Of a stretch of 48,935 nt of DNA, positions 12,082-25,319 are shown in pieces. How positions within the stretch are numbered: the first letter of the stretch is position 1; every line of letters starts with the position of its first letter. The DNA is from Octopus bimaculoides (taxonomy: Eukaryota). The DNA is taken from positions 36,407,834 to 36,456,768 of the forward strand of contig NC_068989.1 of the NCBI RefSeq assembly GCF_001194135.2, in the 5' to 3' direction. Made by a program: the position numbers and the translations under genes. Below the pieces are notes generated by a model that made no database searches, had not been told where the DNA came from, and worked only from the letters and a program-made list of their open reading frames with translations.

Positions 12082-12197
12082 ACTTCTAGCAACGTCATTT
12101 ACTGCATTTCCTAGTCTTTCTGTCCTTCTCTGTACACCGGTCAAATGGGACACCGCTTGACTGACCGGTTCGCGGAGCACCTCCGAGACATCGGGTG
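12079..12197 (+). mobile_element. Penelope-like element GIY-YIG endonuclease fragment
   Basis: SNVIYCIS*SFCPSLYTGQMGHRLTDRFAEHLRDI matches the VIY-CxxC-YIGQT-R-EH signature; interrupted by SINE A. Confidence 0.85.
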
Positions 12198-12580
12198 GGG
12201 GGATTAGTCGATTACAGTGACCCCTGTATTCAACTGGCACTTATTTTCTCGGCCTTGAAATGCTGAAAGGCAAAATAGATTCCGGCAACATTTGAACTCA
12301 GAACATAGAGTCGAAAGAAAAGCAGCTAAGCACTTTTCCCTGCGCAATAATGATTCTGCCAGCGCACCGCCTTATATCCGTACACATATGTATGAATACG
12401 CGTGTGTTTGTGTATGTGTGTAATTTATAAATGAAACTTTCACTTCGTGCTATTTTCTCACACATGGCTGTCCTGTCTCTGTCGTTCATGAAGTGACAAA
12501 CTTTATAAATATACATATACATAAATCTGACTTTACAAACAAATCTAATAATGAATTAATGAATAAATAGACAAATACGC

Positions 12581-12621
<41 letters not shown>

Positions 12622-13016
12622 GAGTGAGTACTTGAAGGGATGTCTGTGCTTATTTAAGCTGTGAACGGTTGGTGTGCGCTGTTTAACTGTAGGAAAAACT
12701 TCAATAAACCAGCATTTTCGGTAACGGTTCGTAAGTAAGGTTAATAGAAATAAGATGAATGACACATGTTCCTTTTCATTCTGAACGCGGTGCACTTCTA
12801 TGCACATATGCAACTCAGTTGGACACCGACTCAGCATATGACATACATATATTGTTGATCTGATATTTTGACCTGCTATTTTTACAAAACGGTGGCCATC
12901 TTGATTGGAAGTATAGCTTGAGTTGTTATATATATACACAGACACACTCACACATACACATAGATACATATATACATATACGTTCGAACAAATTTATATT
13001 CATATCTATCTGTCTT

Positions 13017-13052
<36 letters not shown>

Positions 13053-13279
13053 ATACATGCACACACGCAGGCACGCACGCACACACACGCACACACATAC
13101 ATACACACATTAGGAAGGCAGAAAAGTTTTAATATCGTTTGCAGAATGTTAGCGGTGCGTCTGCTGTAAACCGTATCGCTGTGATAACCACTCACCAAAG
13201 TGACATTACAACCTTTATCCTTCCAAATTAATAGACTTAAACAAATTACGTATGATCAGATGCAAGTATGTGTGTGTGA

Positions 13280-13336
<57 letters not shown>

Positions 13337-13546
13337 AATATGTGCATATACGTATGTATTTGTATACGTGTGTGTGTATGTATGTATGTATGTATATACA
13401 TATATGTGTGTGTTATATAATAAAAATAATTTTAGATGAAACTGAAGGACTATTCAGTACTTTTTATGGACTACATATTCTTTAACAAGAAAAATGTTGA
13501 TAGTATCTTCTAATGTTCGGCCTGTTTAGCTTTCATCGGATTGTAT

Positions 13547-13581
<35 letters not shown>

Positions 13582-14006
13582 TACATGCATACATGCATAT
13601 ATTGATATGTACGAATATATAAATATATATGTATGTGCCTCAGCGTTTTCATAGATATCTCTATACTTATAGATACACAAATTGTGTTTTAGTACCTTTG
13701 CCTTCGTTGTTCTCCATATCAGAATCATACACACCATGTCATGTTATGTTCTCAAACAAGACAGCTTCCACTTCTGAAAGCAACAGGTCAGAATTGCAGA
13801 TCAAAAAATATTCTCTTTTATGGTCTATTGATGGCTAACAATATTGCATATATGCATTGATGCACATTGCTTTTAGATGGAAAGAAATATGCGTCATGTT
13901 TTCTAGTAACCTTATAAAATACATTTACGCCCCTACAAATATTACATTTATTACATAGATACATACATACACACATACATAATACATATATATTACATAA
14001 TATTAC

Positions 14007-14085
<79 letters not shown>

Positions 14086-14867
14086 TTCTTTTTTATTCTT
14101 TTTACTTGTTTCAGTCATTTGACTGTGGCCATGCTGGAGCACCGCTTTTAGTTAAACAAATCGACCGCAGGACTTATTCTTTGTATGCCTAGTACTTATT
14201 TTATCGGTCTCTTTTGCCGAACCGCTAGATTAGGAGGACATAAACACGCTAACATTGGTTGTCAAGCGATGGGGGCGGGGACAAACACAGACACACAAAT
14301 ACATATATACGACGGGTTTCTTTCAGTTTCCGTCTACCAAATCTACTCACAAGGTTTTCGTCAGCCCGAGGCTAAAGTAAAAGGCACTTGCCCAAGGTGT
14401 CAGGCAGTGGGACTGAACCGGAATCATGTGGTTGGGAAGTAACCTTCTTACCACACAGCCACTCCTCCCCTATATGTTTATACACATATACATATACATA
14501 TATACATATACACTGCATTTCAAATCAGTAACGGGGCGACATTTTTTTTTTACTTCAAAAATACTCGTTGGAATTCAACGAAATTTTCACAGAATTATGG
14601 CAACAGTTATATGCGTGTCATATGTAAAAATCATGAGGTTTTTCGCAATACATGGTTTACAAACTCTATGCTTGAAATGACCAATTTTAAATGCTATTGG
14701 AGCTAACACACAAGGTACAGGAAACTTATATGTATACCATTCTGCTTAGATAATGGAACTGCAGATACAATATCCCTGCATATCTCACGTCTGTTTTCAT
14801 TCCTCCTCTTCGCTCTCTATTTCATATCTTCTATAAAATTACTATTGCTTAACCATTTTCTCGCACC

Positions 14868-14915
14868 GTCTCCGATGAAGAGATATATAAAATATCCCGG
14901 AAACAGCTGTAAGAC
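14868..14915 (+). ncRNA. Type I hammerhead motif, CCGAUGA variant
   Basis: GUCU/AGAC stem I; CCGAUGA; GAUAU/AUAUC stem II; GAA-ACAGCUGU-A. Confidence 0.7.
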
Positions 14916-15468
14916 CTTCTCTTTATAAATGTTCTGAAATCTTTCACAACCTTGGATTTTTATCTCTTTCTGTTATTTTATATANNNNNNNNNNNNNNNN
15001 NNNNNNNNNNNNNNNNNNNNNNNNNNNNNNNNNNNNNNNNNNNNNNNNNNNNNNNNNNNNNNNNNNNNNNNNNNNNNNNNNNNNNNNNNNNNNNNNNNNN
15101 NNNNNNNNNNNNNNNNNNNNNNNNNNNNNNNNNNNNNNNNNNNNNNNNNNNNNNNNNNNNNNNNNNNNNNNNNNNNNNNNNNNNNNNNNNNNNNNNNNNN
15201 NNNNNNNNNNNNNNNNNNNNNNNNNNNNNNNNNNNNNNNNNNNNNNNNNNNNNNNNNNNNNNNNNNNNNNNNNNNNNNNNNNNNNNNNNNNNNNNNNNNN
15301 NNNNNNNNNNNNNNNNNNNNNNNNNNNNNNNNNNNNNNNNNNNNNNNNNNNNNNNNNNNNNNNNNNNNNNNNNNNNNNNNNNNNNNNNNNNNNNNNNNNN
15401 NNNNNNNNNNNNNNNNNNNNNNNNNNNNNNNNNNNNNNNNNNNNNNNNATATATATATAGGGAGAGAC

Positions 15469-15505
<37 letters not shown>

Positions 15506-15539
15506 AAGAGAGAGAGAAAGAGAGAAAGAAAGAGAGACT

Positions 15540-15862
15540 GATGTAGTCCAACGCCACTACACTAAAAATATTGAAACAGTGCGACGGATAAGCTACACAC
15601 GGATACGCTGAGAAAACTGCAGCTTTACTCTCTGGAGCGAAGGCGTGAGAGATATGCAATAATCTACATATGGAAAATTCTAGAAGGGCTAGAACCTAAC
15701 TTCCGCATTGAGTGTTATACAAATGCCAGAACTGGCCGCCATTGTATTGTACCAAAGGAAGCATCCACTCTATCTGAATTCAAGACCAGGTACTGTAATA
15801 GTCTAGGGTTCAAAGGCCCACATCTCTTCAATGCCCTGCCACAAAAATTAAGAAATCTTAAG
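15540..15862 (+). mobile_element. CR1/Jockey-group LINE 3' fragment
   Basis: LRKLQLYSLERRRERYAIIYIWKILEGL...FKGPHLFNALPQKLRNL. Confidence 0.8.
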
Positions 15863-16192
15863 GAGAGAGGAGTAAAAAGTATGGGAAATAAGATGGAAGA
15901 AAAAAATAAAAGAAATTTGCAGAAATTATTATCAGAGGAAGGGCACACACATCCTCAAAATATTGACAGACATAAACACTATAACAAACCCATACACACA
16001 CTTACTAAGCATATATACATTATTGTGCACACCGAAAATATACATATGTACGATAGCAAAAAAGGGTATATACGCATATACATATATGGAAAGCCAGGTA
16101 GTAAGAGAACACTAGAAATTTAAAATGGTCTTAAGGGAATATGTAGGTAAAATAAATATATACAGATTCGGATGAATTTGGGTAAAGGATAT

Positions 16193-16282
16193 CATCTACG
16201 GCCGTTTCAGGGGTACAATAAATGTATAAATGGCGTTTAAGTATTCCAAATACAGAAACATAATGCCCAACTCATCGGGATG
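16193..16282 (-). ncRNA. Type I hammerhead motif, CCGAUGA variant, degenerate stem II
   Basis: CAUC/GAUG stem I; CCGAUGA; GAA-ACGGCCGU-A. Confidence 0.6.
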
Positions 16283-16539
16283 GTTTCCTTCATGATGAAA
16301 TCCTACATGGTAATAATTTGACAGATTAAAATAGAACTTTTTTTTCATTTTTTTAATAAATTTTCAAAGCTCATATGCAAATGATAATATAGCGGCACAA
16401 ATGGAACGATCTAAAGTTCATAGTCAAGAATTCAAATATTAATGAGATAAGTTTTAATAGATTTAGTTAACGGATCTAATTCTGAACAGCAGCATAGTCA
16501 AGATCTACAAAATGACTTTCTAAAATGAAATTCAATTAT

Positions 16540-16617
16540 GCAGCTGAGGAGTACATTTTCATTGTACATTTTCATTGTACATGAATAAATGGAGCTTATA
16601 CGAAACGTACGTACTGC
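16540..16617 (+). ncRNA. Type I hammerhead ribozyme with fully canonical core
   Basis: GCAG/CUGC stem I; CUGAGGA; G-C closed GUA/UAC stem II; GAA-ACGUACGU-A; 13-nt tandem duplication in loop II. Confidence 0.8.
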
Positions 16618-16849
16618 TATAACCTATTGAATTTTTGTTGCTTTTCTTCAAATTTTATTCACCAAATCTCTTGATTTTGTTTTTGGTTTTTACCCTACCA
16701 AATTCTGGTGCCTCAAACATTTTAAGTACCACATTTAAGCTTTTGACTAAATTTATATTATTATTCATATATATATATATATATATGTATATGTATATAT
16801 ATATATACCCATAAGTTCTATTCAACATTTCTAAGGACATATAGAATTA

Positions 16850-17424
16850 GATCCGTTCGCATGAAAACGAAGTTCATGCGGTCCGACAACGTACCAACAG
16901 ATCGAATGGTGGTCGGCAGTGATGAAATAGAGGAGGTAAAGGAATATGTCTACCTGGGACAGGAAGTGAATATGCGCCGAGACATCGAAAAGGAGATCTC
17001 GCGGAGAATAAGGGCCGGATGGATGGCGTTTAATGGCATAAGGGGTGTGCTCAAGGGAAGGTTGGACAGGACCACCCGCGCCAACCTCATAAATAGCACA
17101 GGTCTATCTGCAATGTTATATGGTAGTGAAACATGGGCTACAACAAAGAGAGAAGAGCAGAGATTGGTAACGGCTCAAAGAGCCATGGAGAGGTCAATGC
17201 TTGGAATCTCGTTGAGAGAGCACATCAGTAGCGAGCTCATCAGACAGAAGTCCGGCGTGAGGGATGTCATCGTAGAATATACACGCTGCAAGTTTAGATG
17301 GGCTGGACACGTCGCCCGGCTCACCGATAATCGGTGGACCCACGCAGTTGTCGAGTGGTACCCGCTCGAGCGGAAACCACCACGGTGGAGTTATGATTTT
17401 AGGAGGGTGATTGGGACCACGTGG
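16850..17424 (+). mobile_element. RTE-1 clade LINE, 5'-truncated RT C-terminal fragment with open frame
   Basis: EYVYLGQ...EISRRIRAGWMAF...MLYGSETW...RWAGHVARLTDNRWT. Confidence 0.9.
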
Positions 17425-17549
17425 AAATATACCATAAATGTAACTGCAAATTTACGCAGTTCGATATTGTTGATTGATGTTATTCGAAATTGGAGTTGTA
17501 TTAATAAATTGATGTCTGTCTATTGATTTCTCCATTTTCTTTTCTTATA

Positions 17550-18490
17550 CAGGCATACCTCACACTATCTTACAATTAACTAAACTAGCATAGAATAATG
17601 GTTTCATATATTTTTATAATTAAGATCTAAACTGTTAATATATGAATGCGAAAGAGAGAGTTGAATAACCGTAAACCTACGTCGTTAATTTGTTCCAGGA
17701 GACACGGCTTCAGTTGAAAAACGTGTTAAGTCGAATTAACTTGTCTCTAGGCTAAACCAATGATAACTATTCCCAGTTCTGTACTTTATTTATGAATGCA
17801 TTTTCAATAATGCATGGTTAATAAAAACCATGTGTGCTAAAATTTTGTACTTATTATGTACAATCGTCGATACAGTTGTCCGACTCATCCCAAAAGATCG
17901 TGCAATTGCTACCACTTTTTCACCTTTTTCATGGCGTTTTATCATAGCCAATTTATCTTCGAACGTTATAGCATGACGCTTAGCACTTACACTATGAATT
18001 TTCTTAGGAGTCATGGAGGCACCAAATATTAAGTCACAAAGGAATGAGAATGAGAAAGTAGCCGATTAATAGACGTGAACAGATCTGAAGTCAAAACAAT
18101 CGCGGGAATCACGAGTGACAACGACGGCTAACGGTAGATATTGGAACTACAGTGCAATATGAGCTCCGAAACATCGATGAATAAGACAACACAGCTGATT
18201 TCATGATTTCGTTCACTAAGCTACACTACTTTATGGTGTGTATCTTAACATTTACTGTACATATTTTAATAAGATTTTATATGCTTTTCTTATTTATTGT
18301 ACAGTAACATGATTTTATGTGCTTTTAATGGTTTTCTAGTGATTTTACGATTCCAGAATTTGTGGTGGACAGACGTAAAGTCGGGTAAAATGACTTAACT
18401 TGATTTTTATTTTTCCATATATTATTTTTGAAAAGCGACTTATAATCGAGAACGACTTTAATCGAAACGAATTAAGTCGAGGTATGCCCG
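17550..18490 (-). mobile_element. Internally deleted Tigger/pogo DNA transposon
   Basis: TIR TA|CAGGCATACCTC ... GAGGTATGCCCG; ORF 17790-18014 encodes a CENP-B-type N-terminal HTH (KRHAITFEDKLAMIKRHEKGEKVVAIARSFGMSRTTVSTI). Confidence 0.9.
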
Positions 18491-18546
18491 TGTGTATATA
18501 TATATAAAAAGAGAGAGAGAGTGAGAGATACATACATATAAATACA

Positions 18547-18597
<51 letters not shown>

Positions 18598-19306
18598 NNN
18601 NNNNNNNNNNNNNNNNNNNNNNNNNNNNNNNNNNNNNNNNNNNNNNNNNNNNNNNNNNNNNNNNNNNNNNNNNNNNNNNNNNNNNNNNNNNNNNNNNNNN
18701 NNNNNNNNNNNNNNNNNNNNNNNNNNNNNNNNNNNNNNNNNNNNNNNNNNNNNNNNNNNNNNNNNNNNNNNNNNNNNNNNNNNNNNNNNNNNNNNNNNNN
18801 NNNNNNNNNNNNNNNNNNNNNNNNNNNNNNNNNNNNNNNNNNNNNNNNNNNNNNNNNNNNNNNNNNNNNNNNNNNNNNNNNNNNNNNNNNNNNNNNNNNN
18901 NNNNNNNNNNNNNNNNNNNNNNNNNNNNNNNNNNNNNNNNNNNNNNNNNNNNNNNNNNNNNNNNNNNNNNNNNNNNNNNNNNNNNNNNNNNNNNNNNNNN
19001 NNNNNNNNNNNNNNNNNNNNNNNNNNNNNNNNNNNNNNNNNNNNNNNNNNNNNNNNNNNNNNNNNNNNNNNNNNNNNNNNNNNNNNNNNNNNNNNNNNNN
19101 NNNNNNNNNNNNNNNNNNNNNNNNNNNNNNNNNNNNNNNNNNNNNNNNNNNNNNNNNNNNNNNNNNNNNNNNNNNNNNNNNNNNNNNNNNNNNNNNNNNN
19201 NNNNNNNNNNNNNNNNNNNNNNNNNNNNNTATGTGTGTATACATGTATATATATTCTTTGTATTATTACATTATTGAACGCACACGTCCTATTTTGCAAG
19301 TAAGTC

Positions 19307-19345
<39 letters not shown>

Positions 19346-19379
19346 ATAGTTTTCAAAACAATACAACCGTATGTGTATG

Positions 19380-19426
<47 letters not shown>

Positions 19427-19954
19427 AAAAGTGTTTTTAGGTTTACTCTGGTCTAAAATATAACGTATTGTTTATTCTAGATTCCGTTATGTCCCGTAAC
19501 TTATCGGCTCAGCAGACAGACATCGATATAAAATAAGTACGAGTGTTGGTTAAAGCATGAAGAAGCTACTCCACCATGGCTATGATCCAATGAATGAACC
19601 TGTTAGAATAGAAGATAGTAAAAGAAAAAAAAAGTGGAATACAACAGTTAATAAAAGAGTCAATAAACAAGTAATAAAATAAAACAAATATGTCGGCCAT
19701 GAGGAAAGTTGAATTTTGACATTTGAAGAGAGGGCGCTGTGTTCACCATTCAATAGAACTTTTGCGACCAACGCGTTTTATTTGTGACGGTTCGCTTATG
19801 TTGGCAAGAAAATAACCATCTGGCAGAGGCTTGCTGCTTGGTAGGAAGGGAAATGTAAAAAGAGAATGAAGATGTTTAAGTCCATCTCCCATCTTTGTCT
19901 CTCTCTTTCTAACCCTCTCTCTCTTTCTTTCTAACCCTCTCTCTCTTTCTTTCT

Positions 19955-20016
<62 letters not shown>

Positions 20017-20999
20017 NNNNNNNNNNNNNNNNNNNNNNNNNNNNNNNNNNNNNNNNNNNNNNNNNNNNNNNNNNNNNNNNNNNNNNNNNNNNNNNNNNNN
20101 NNNNNNNNNNNNNNNNNNNNNNNNNNNNNNNNNNNNNNNNNNNNNNNNNNNNNNNNNNNNNNNNNNNNNNNNNNNNNNNNNNNNNNNNNNNNNNNNNNNN
20201 NNNNNNNNNNNNNNNNNNNNNNNNNNNNNNNNNNNNNNNNNNNNNNNNNNNNNNNNNNNNNNNNNNNNNNNNNNNNNNNNNNNNNNNNNNNNNNNNNNNN
20301 NNNNNNNNNNNNNNNNNNNNNNNNNNNNNNNNNNNNNNNNNNNNNNNNNNNNNNNNNNNNNNNNNNNNNNNNNNNNNNNNNNNNNNNNNNNNNNNNNNNN
20401 NNNNNNNNNNNNNNNNNNNNNNNNNNNNNNNNNNNNNNNNNNNNNNNNNNNNNNNNNNNNNNNNNNNNNNNNNNNNNNNNNNNNNNNNNNNNNNNNNNNN
20501 NNNNNNNNNNNNNNNNNNNNNNNNNNNNNNNNNNNNNNNNNNNNNNNNNNNNNNNNNNNNNNNNNNNNNNNNNNNNNNNNNNNNNNNNNNNNNNNNNNNN
20601 NNNNNNNNNNNNNNNNNNNNNNNNNNNNNNNNNNNNNNNNNNNNNNNNNNNNNNNNNNNNNNNNNNNNNNNNNNNNNNNNNNNNNNNNNNNNNNNNNNNN
20701 NNNNNNNNNNNNNNNNNNNNNNNNNNNNNNNNNNNNNNNNNNNNNNNNNNNNNNNNNNNNNNNNNNNNNNNNNNNNNNNNNNNNNNNNNNNNNNNNNNNN
20801 NNNNNNNNNNNNNNNNNNNNNNNNNNNNNNNNNNNNNNNNNNNNNNNNNNNNNNNNNNNNNNNNNTCTCTCTACCAATACCAGCCACCACCATTCACTCG
20901 CCATCTGGCCTTCCACAGGATTCTCGACAGACTTATGAGTTTCGCTGTAACATAAGATAGCTTCAATACATTTGTTATAATCTTGCAATTCGCAAGCGC

Positions 21000-21049
<50 letters not shown>

Positions 21050-21182
21050 CACTGTCTTTGTATCTATCAGTGCATGTAGCATACATACAGACACCTATAT
21101 ACTACACCTGATTACATATTAATACGAGTATGTATAAATGTGTGTGAGTGTATACATATACTGCTTTGGTTGATAGATAGAC

Positions 21183-21262
<80 letters not shown>

Positions 21263-21332
21263 CATTATTCTGAAGGAGCAAACTGAAGCTTCGAAGTGTC
21301 TATCAGCCTTTTCCTTCTTGAAGTTAATATGT

Positions 21333-21405
<73 letters not shown>

Positions 21406-21574
21406 NNNNNNNNNNNNNNNNNNNNNNNNNNNNNNNNNNNNNNNNNNNNNNNNNNNNNNNNNNNNNNNNNNNNNNNNNNNNNNNNNNNNNNNNNNNNNNN
21501 NNNNNNNNNNNNNNNNNNNNNNNNNNNNNNNNNNNNNNNNNNNNNNNNNNNNNNNNNNNNNNNNNNNNNNNNNN

Positions 21575-21875
21575 AGAGCGTCGGGCTCACCATCATGAGC
21601 CTGGACCAGGTTGTGTTTTGTGTGCTTGAGCAAGACACTTTATTTCACGTTGCTCCAGTTCACTCACTTGTAGAAATGAGTTGCAACATTACTGGTGCCT
21701 GCCTTTCGCTTGGATAACATCAGTGGCCTGGAGAGGAGAGGCATGTACGCATGGGCGACTGCTGGTCTTCCATAAGCAACCTTGCCTGAACTTGTGCCTC
21801 GGAGGGTAACTCTCTAGGTACAATGCCATGGTCATTCATGACCGAAGCGGGGAGGGGGGTCTTTACCCTTTACCC
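21575..21875 (+). mobile_element. SINE family C; its 3' end is also present at 1384-1428
   Basis: tgcttgagcaagacactttatttcac core; shared tctaggt.caat.c.atggtcattcatgaccgaag 3' end. Confidence 0.7.
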
Positions 21876-23199
21876 TTTACCAGTATTGTGCGGTAATCGT
21901 TACGCAGACGATAACATAGTCACCTTGACAAAAATCCATAGTTATTTTTCCTTGCAGTCCCATACAACAATATCTGGCCGGTCATGTGTTACTTGGTGGT
22001 TGTTTTACTCTTTAAGTCTCTCAATATTCTTTTGACTCTTATGTCTCAATATAGTCGACTTTGGTTGTATTTTCTCTTTTCATATTCCATTTCAGATTGT
22101 TCTGGTCAGCTCATCATGCCTCATGGAAAGTAATATCTAAAAGACATTCTCTCACTGTTGGCAATAATGTCATTGATGTCTTCAGTTTTAGTTTTTCGTC
22201 GTCTTCACCATCATCAATCACCACCACCACCACCACTACCACCACCACTACCACTACCACCACCACTACCACCACCACTACCACTACCACCACCACCACC
22301 ACCACTAATAATCATAAAGTTCTTGTTAGACTTTAACCAACGAGGGATCCTCGACGTGTTCAGTAAAAATAGCAGCCAAAGAACGAGCACATTAGATAAT
22401 GAAGTCTGATGTACACTATGCCAAGAAAAAAAACGGTCATAGCTTGATCAAATTTGATCACAGGTTCACTCAGTGAAGACCGACTCGGGCTAACTTTCAA
22501 TGAGACGTCTGTTATTTGTCCATCTTCAGCTGTTTAATGATAGTTAGTCAGATATCAACAATATCCATTGATGTATCTCTTTGTATATAATTTCCCATGA
22601 AGTGATGGTCACAACAGCACCAGATTCTTCTGCTTACAGAACATTTTAAGGCAGCGAGTTGGCAGAATCGTTAGCACGCCAGGCAAAATGTTTAGCGGCA
22701 TTTCGTCTGTCTTTATGTTCTGAGTTCAAATTCCTCCGAAATTGACTTTGCCTTTCGGGGCCAATAAAATAAGTACCAGTTGAACACTGGGGTCGATGTA
22801 ATCGACTTATCCCTTCCCTCAAGATTGCTAGCCTTGTGCCAAAATTTGAAACCAATATTACAGAACATTTGGTCTCAGTGTGGAGTTGTGTGGTGTGCCT
22901 ACTGTGGGTAGGAAGGTGAAATAATCGCTTGTAAACTAACTGAAGCGAAACAGGTTCGATTGAAAATCGAAACTGAAACAACTAAGATATAGACTGAGTT
23001 CACTGGGAACTTACCACTGAACCATTGTATCCATGAATCACTGACGAAAGGAAACAAGCAAAAATGTATGACGAATAAAGGCGGGGGTATGTGTATCTTC
23101 TTGTTGTATGCCTTCATAAACTAATCTTGATTTTTTAGTAGTGACACTGGATTTGATAAATGATATATTTTTATGGGTTATATAGAAATGCGCATGAAG

Positions 23200-23400
23200 G
23201 GTCGTGGCCTAATGGTTAAGGCATTACACTCACGATCTCAAGGTTACAATTTCGATTCCCAGACCGGTGGTGCATTGTGTTCTTGAGAAAGACACTTCAT
23301 TTCTCATTGCTCAGCAGTAAATGGCAAACCTTGCGACGGACTGATGGGTGGCATCATCCAAAAGCAACAACAATGCGAGGAAGCGCATTGTAACTGGCAG
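23200..23400 (+). mobile_element. tRNA-headed SINE; related copy 42560-42730(-)
   Basis: A box tggcctaatgg, B box ttcgattccc, followed by gcattgtgttcttgagaaagacactt. Confidence 0.75.
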
Positions 23401-23718
23401 TATATAACGACATCCGATAGTTTGGACTATACAGTGACACAATGATTTAGTGACGGACAGTAGAGATATTACACAAACGAAGCTAAACGTTCACGCTTCT
23501 CAAATGTACAACATAAATCTTTATTCATTTACTTATTTATTGCTATGTTGTAGATAGGAAAATTGTGAGTATTGAACACATGGCAGATACCAAAATGGCA
23601 GTGACACTGAAATACTACTGTCTGTAAAGGTAGCTATTTTGTTGTACTAATATCCGGATTGGAGACTACAGTTGGCATTTGAGTAGGTCATTCACACTTA
23701 CATACACGCACGCACACC

Positions 23719-23795
<77 letters not shown>

Positions 23796-24525
23796 GTTTA
23801 GGACTTCGTTGAAACATTACAAACAACTGACATTCTAGAAAGGTCTTACATAATCACCGCAACCAAAGACTATTTCTCAAGAGAACTAAACTGTTTGTAT
23901 CAAGATATATGTGATATCCTTTAATGAGTGTGGACATAGCGTAAAGATTGACCGTACACACAATGAGAGAATGTATTGAAATATTTTCGTTACCGCTATC
24001 AATACAGTATATGCATTAACTTAATATCTTTAAGCTTTCATAATGCTTTCGATATTGACTTGTGGTATTTCAGGTTTATCAATTCAGCATCGTATACGTA
24101 TCCATGTAAAATATCCTTTTCTATTCAAGGCACAAGGCCTGAAAATTTGGGGTAGGAGGCCAGTCGATTAAATCGACCCCAGTACGCAACTGGTACTTAA
24201 TTTATCGACCTCGAAAGGATTAAAGGCAAAGTCGACCTGGCAGAATTTGAACTCAGAACGTAAAGACAGACGTCGTGCTAAGTTTCTGCCAGCTCGCCGC
24301 CTTGCATAATCCAAAATAATGCCTCTGTCAGAAAGGTACTCATGTAGGTATCAAAGAACTGCAAAGTTCTTTGCAACACATGTAGAATTTGGCACAAAAT
24401 AAAACCCCTGCGCGTTCATTATTTATAACGAAATTATATGTGCAGGCATGACAGCGTGGTTGAGAAGTTCACTTCGAAATCATGTAGCACCGGGTTCTAT
24501 GTCGCTAAACGGTAGCTCGTAGAGT

Positions 24526-25178
24526 TACGTCGAGCAGCTGTTATCGAATGTGGGACAAATCTGCCGAACGGCCGAATCTGTCATGGGGATGGCCCCACTA
24601 CTCTTAACAAAGCAAGGAAGGTGGTGTTCCTTTGTCTTGTGGCTATGATAAAAGGAGTTTGTGGTGGACGAGGCTGGAAGGATTGAGAAAAGATCCCTTC
24701 CTCTTCGATCAAGTCTCATCGACTTTTTCTAAGTTTCAATTGAAAAGGAAAGTGAAGGTGGAAAGGAAAGTGCTACTTTCCAGTGAATTTGTGAAAAGAT
24801 GGGTGACAATGGAAAAATGGCAAAGATAGTTAGAGTGAATGGCCCTACTCTAAGCTTGCACCTGTAGATTGGAGAGTAACAGTTGGGAGAAGACTCATAC
24901 CTTTGGTGGTCAGGGTAATCCAGGGCTCATACCTTTGGTGATCAGGTAATCCTGGGTCTGTGGGGTTTCTTGATTGACCCTAGTTAGAATTTCTCCTGTA
25001 TCAAGGGGACTGCATTACTCATATTATCACATACTTTGTATATTATGTATACTTTTAACGCATCTCACTGTCTTTTCTATTTCTGTCTCCACACCTTTTA
25101 TGTAAAATCCCACACAAATCGTTGACTGTCCTTGTATTGTCTTTTTCATCGATATCCCTGTGGCTAATAAAAGAAATT
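24526..25178 (+). mobile_element. Tx1/L1 LINE 3' end with 3' UTR, ending in (ATC)n
   Basis: Homology to 5680-5835 (tggtggacgaggctg); polyA-like ctaataaaagaaatt then atc repeats; a second 3' end at ~26060-26113. Confidence 0.7.
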
Positions 25179-25220
25179 ATCATCATCATCAGTCATCATC
25201 ATCATCATCATCATCATTAC

Positions 25221-25289
<69 letters not shown>

Positions 25290-25319
25290 ACGCTACATTA
25301 GCAGGGATGTTGTCATGGA

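Noticed and set aside
20925-20970. Minus-strand GAAAC-TCATAA-GTC with a GCT/AGC stem
   Set aside because: No CUGANGA-like core at the required position.
23200-23270. tRNA-like A/B boxes (also 26632 and 42730)
   Set aside because: No complete cloverleaf; they continue into SINE bodies.
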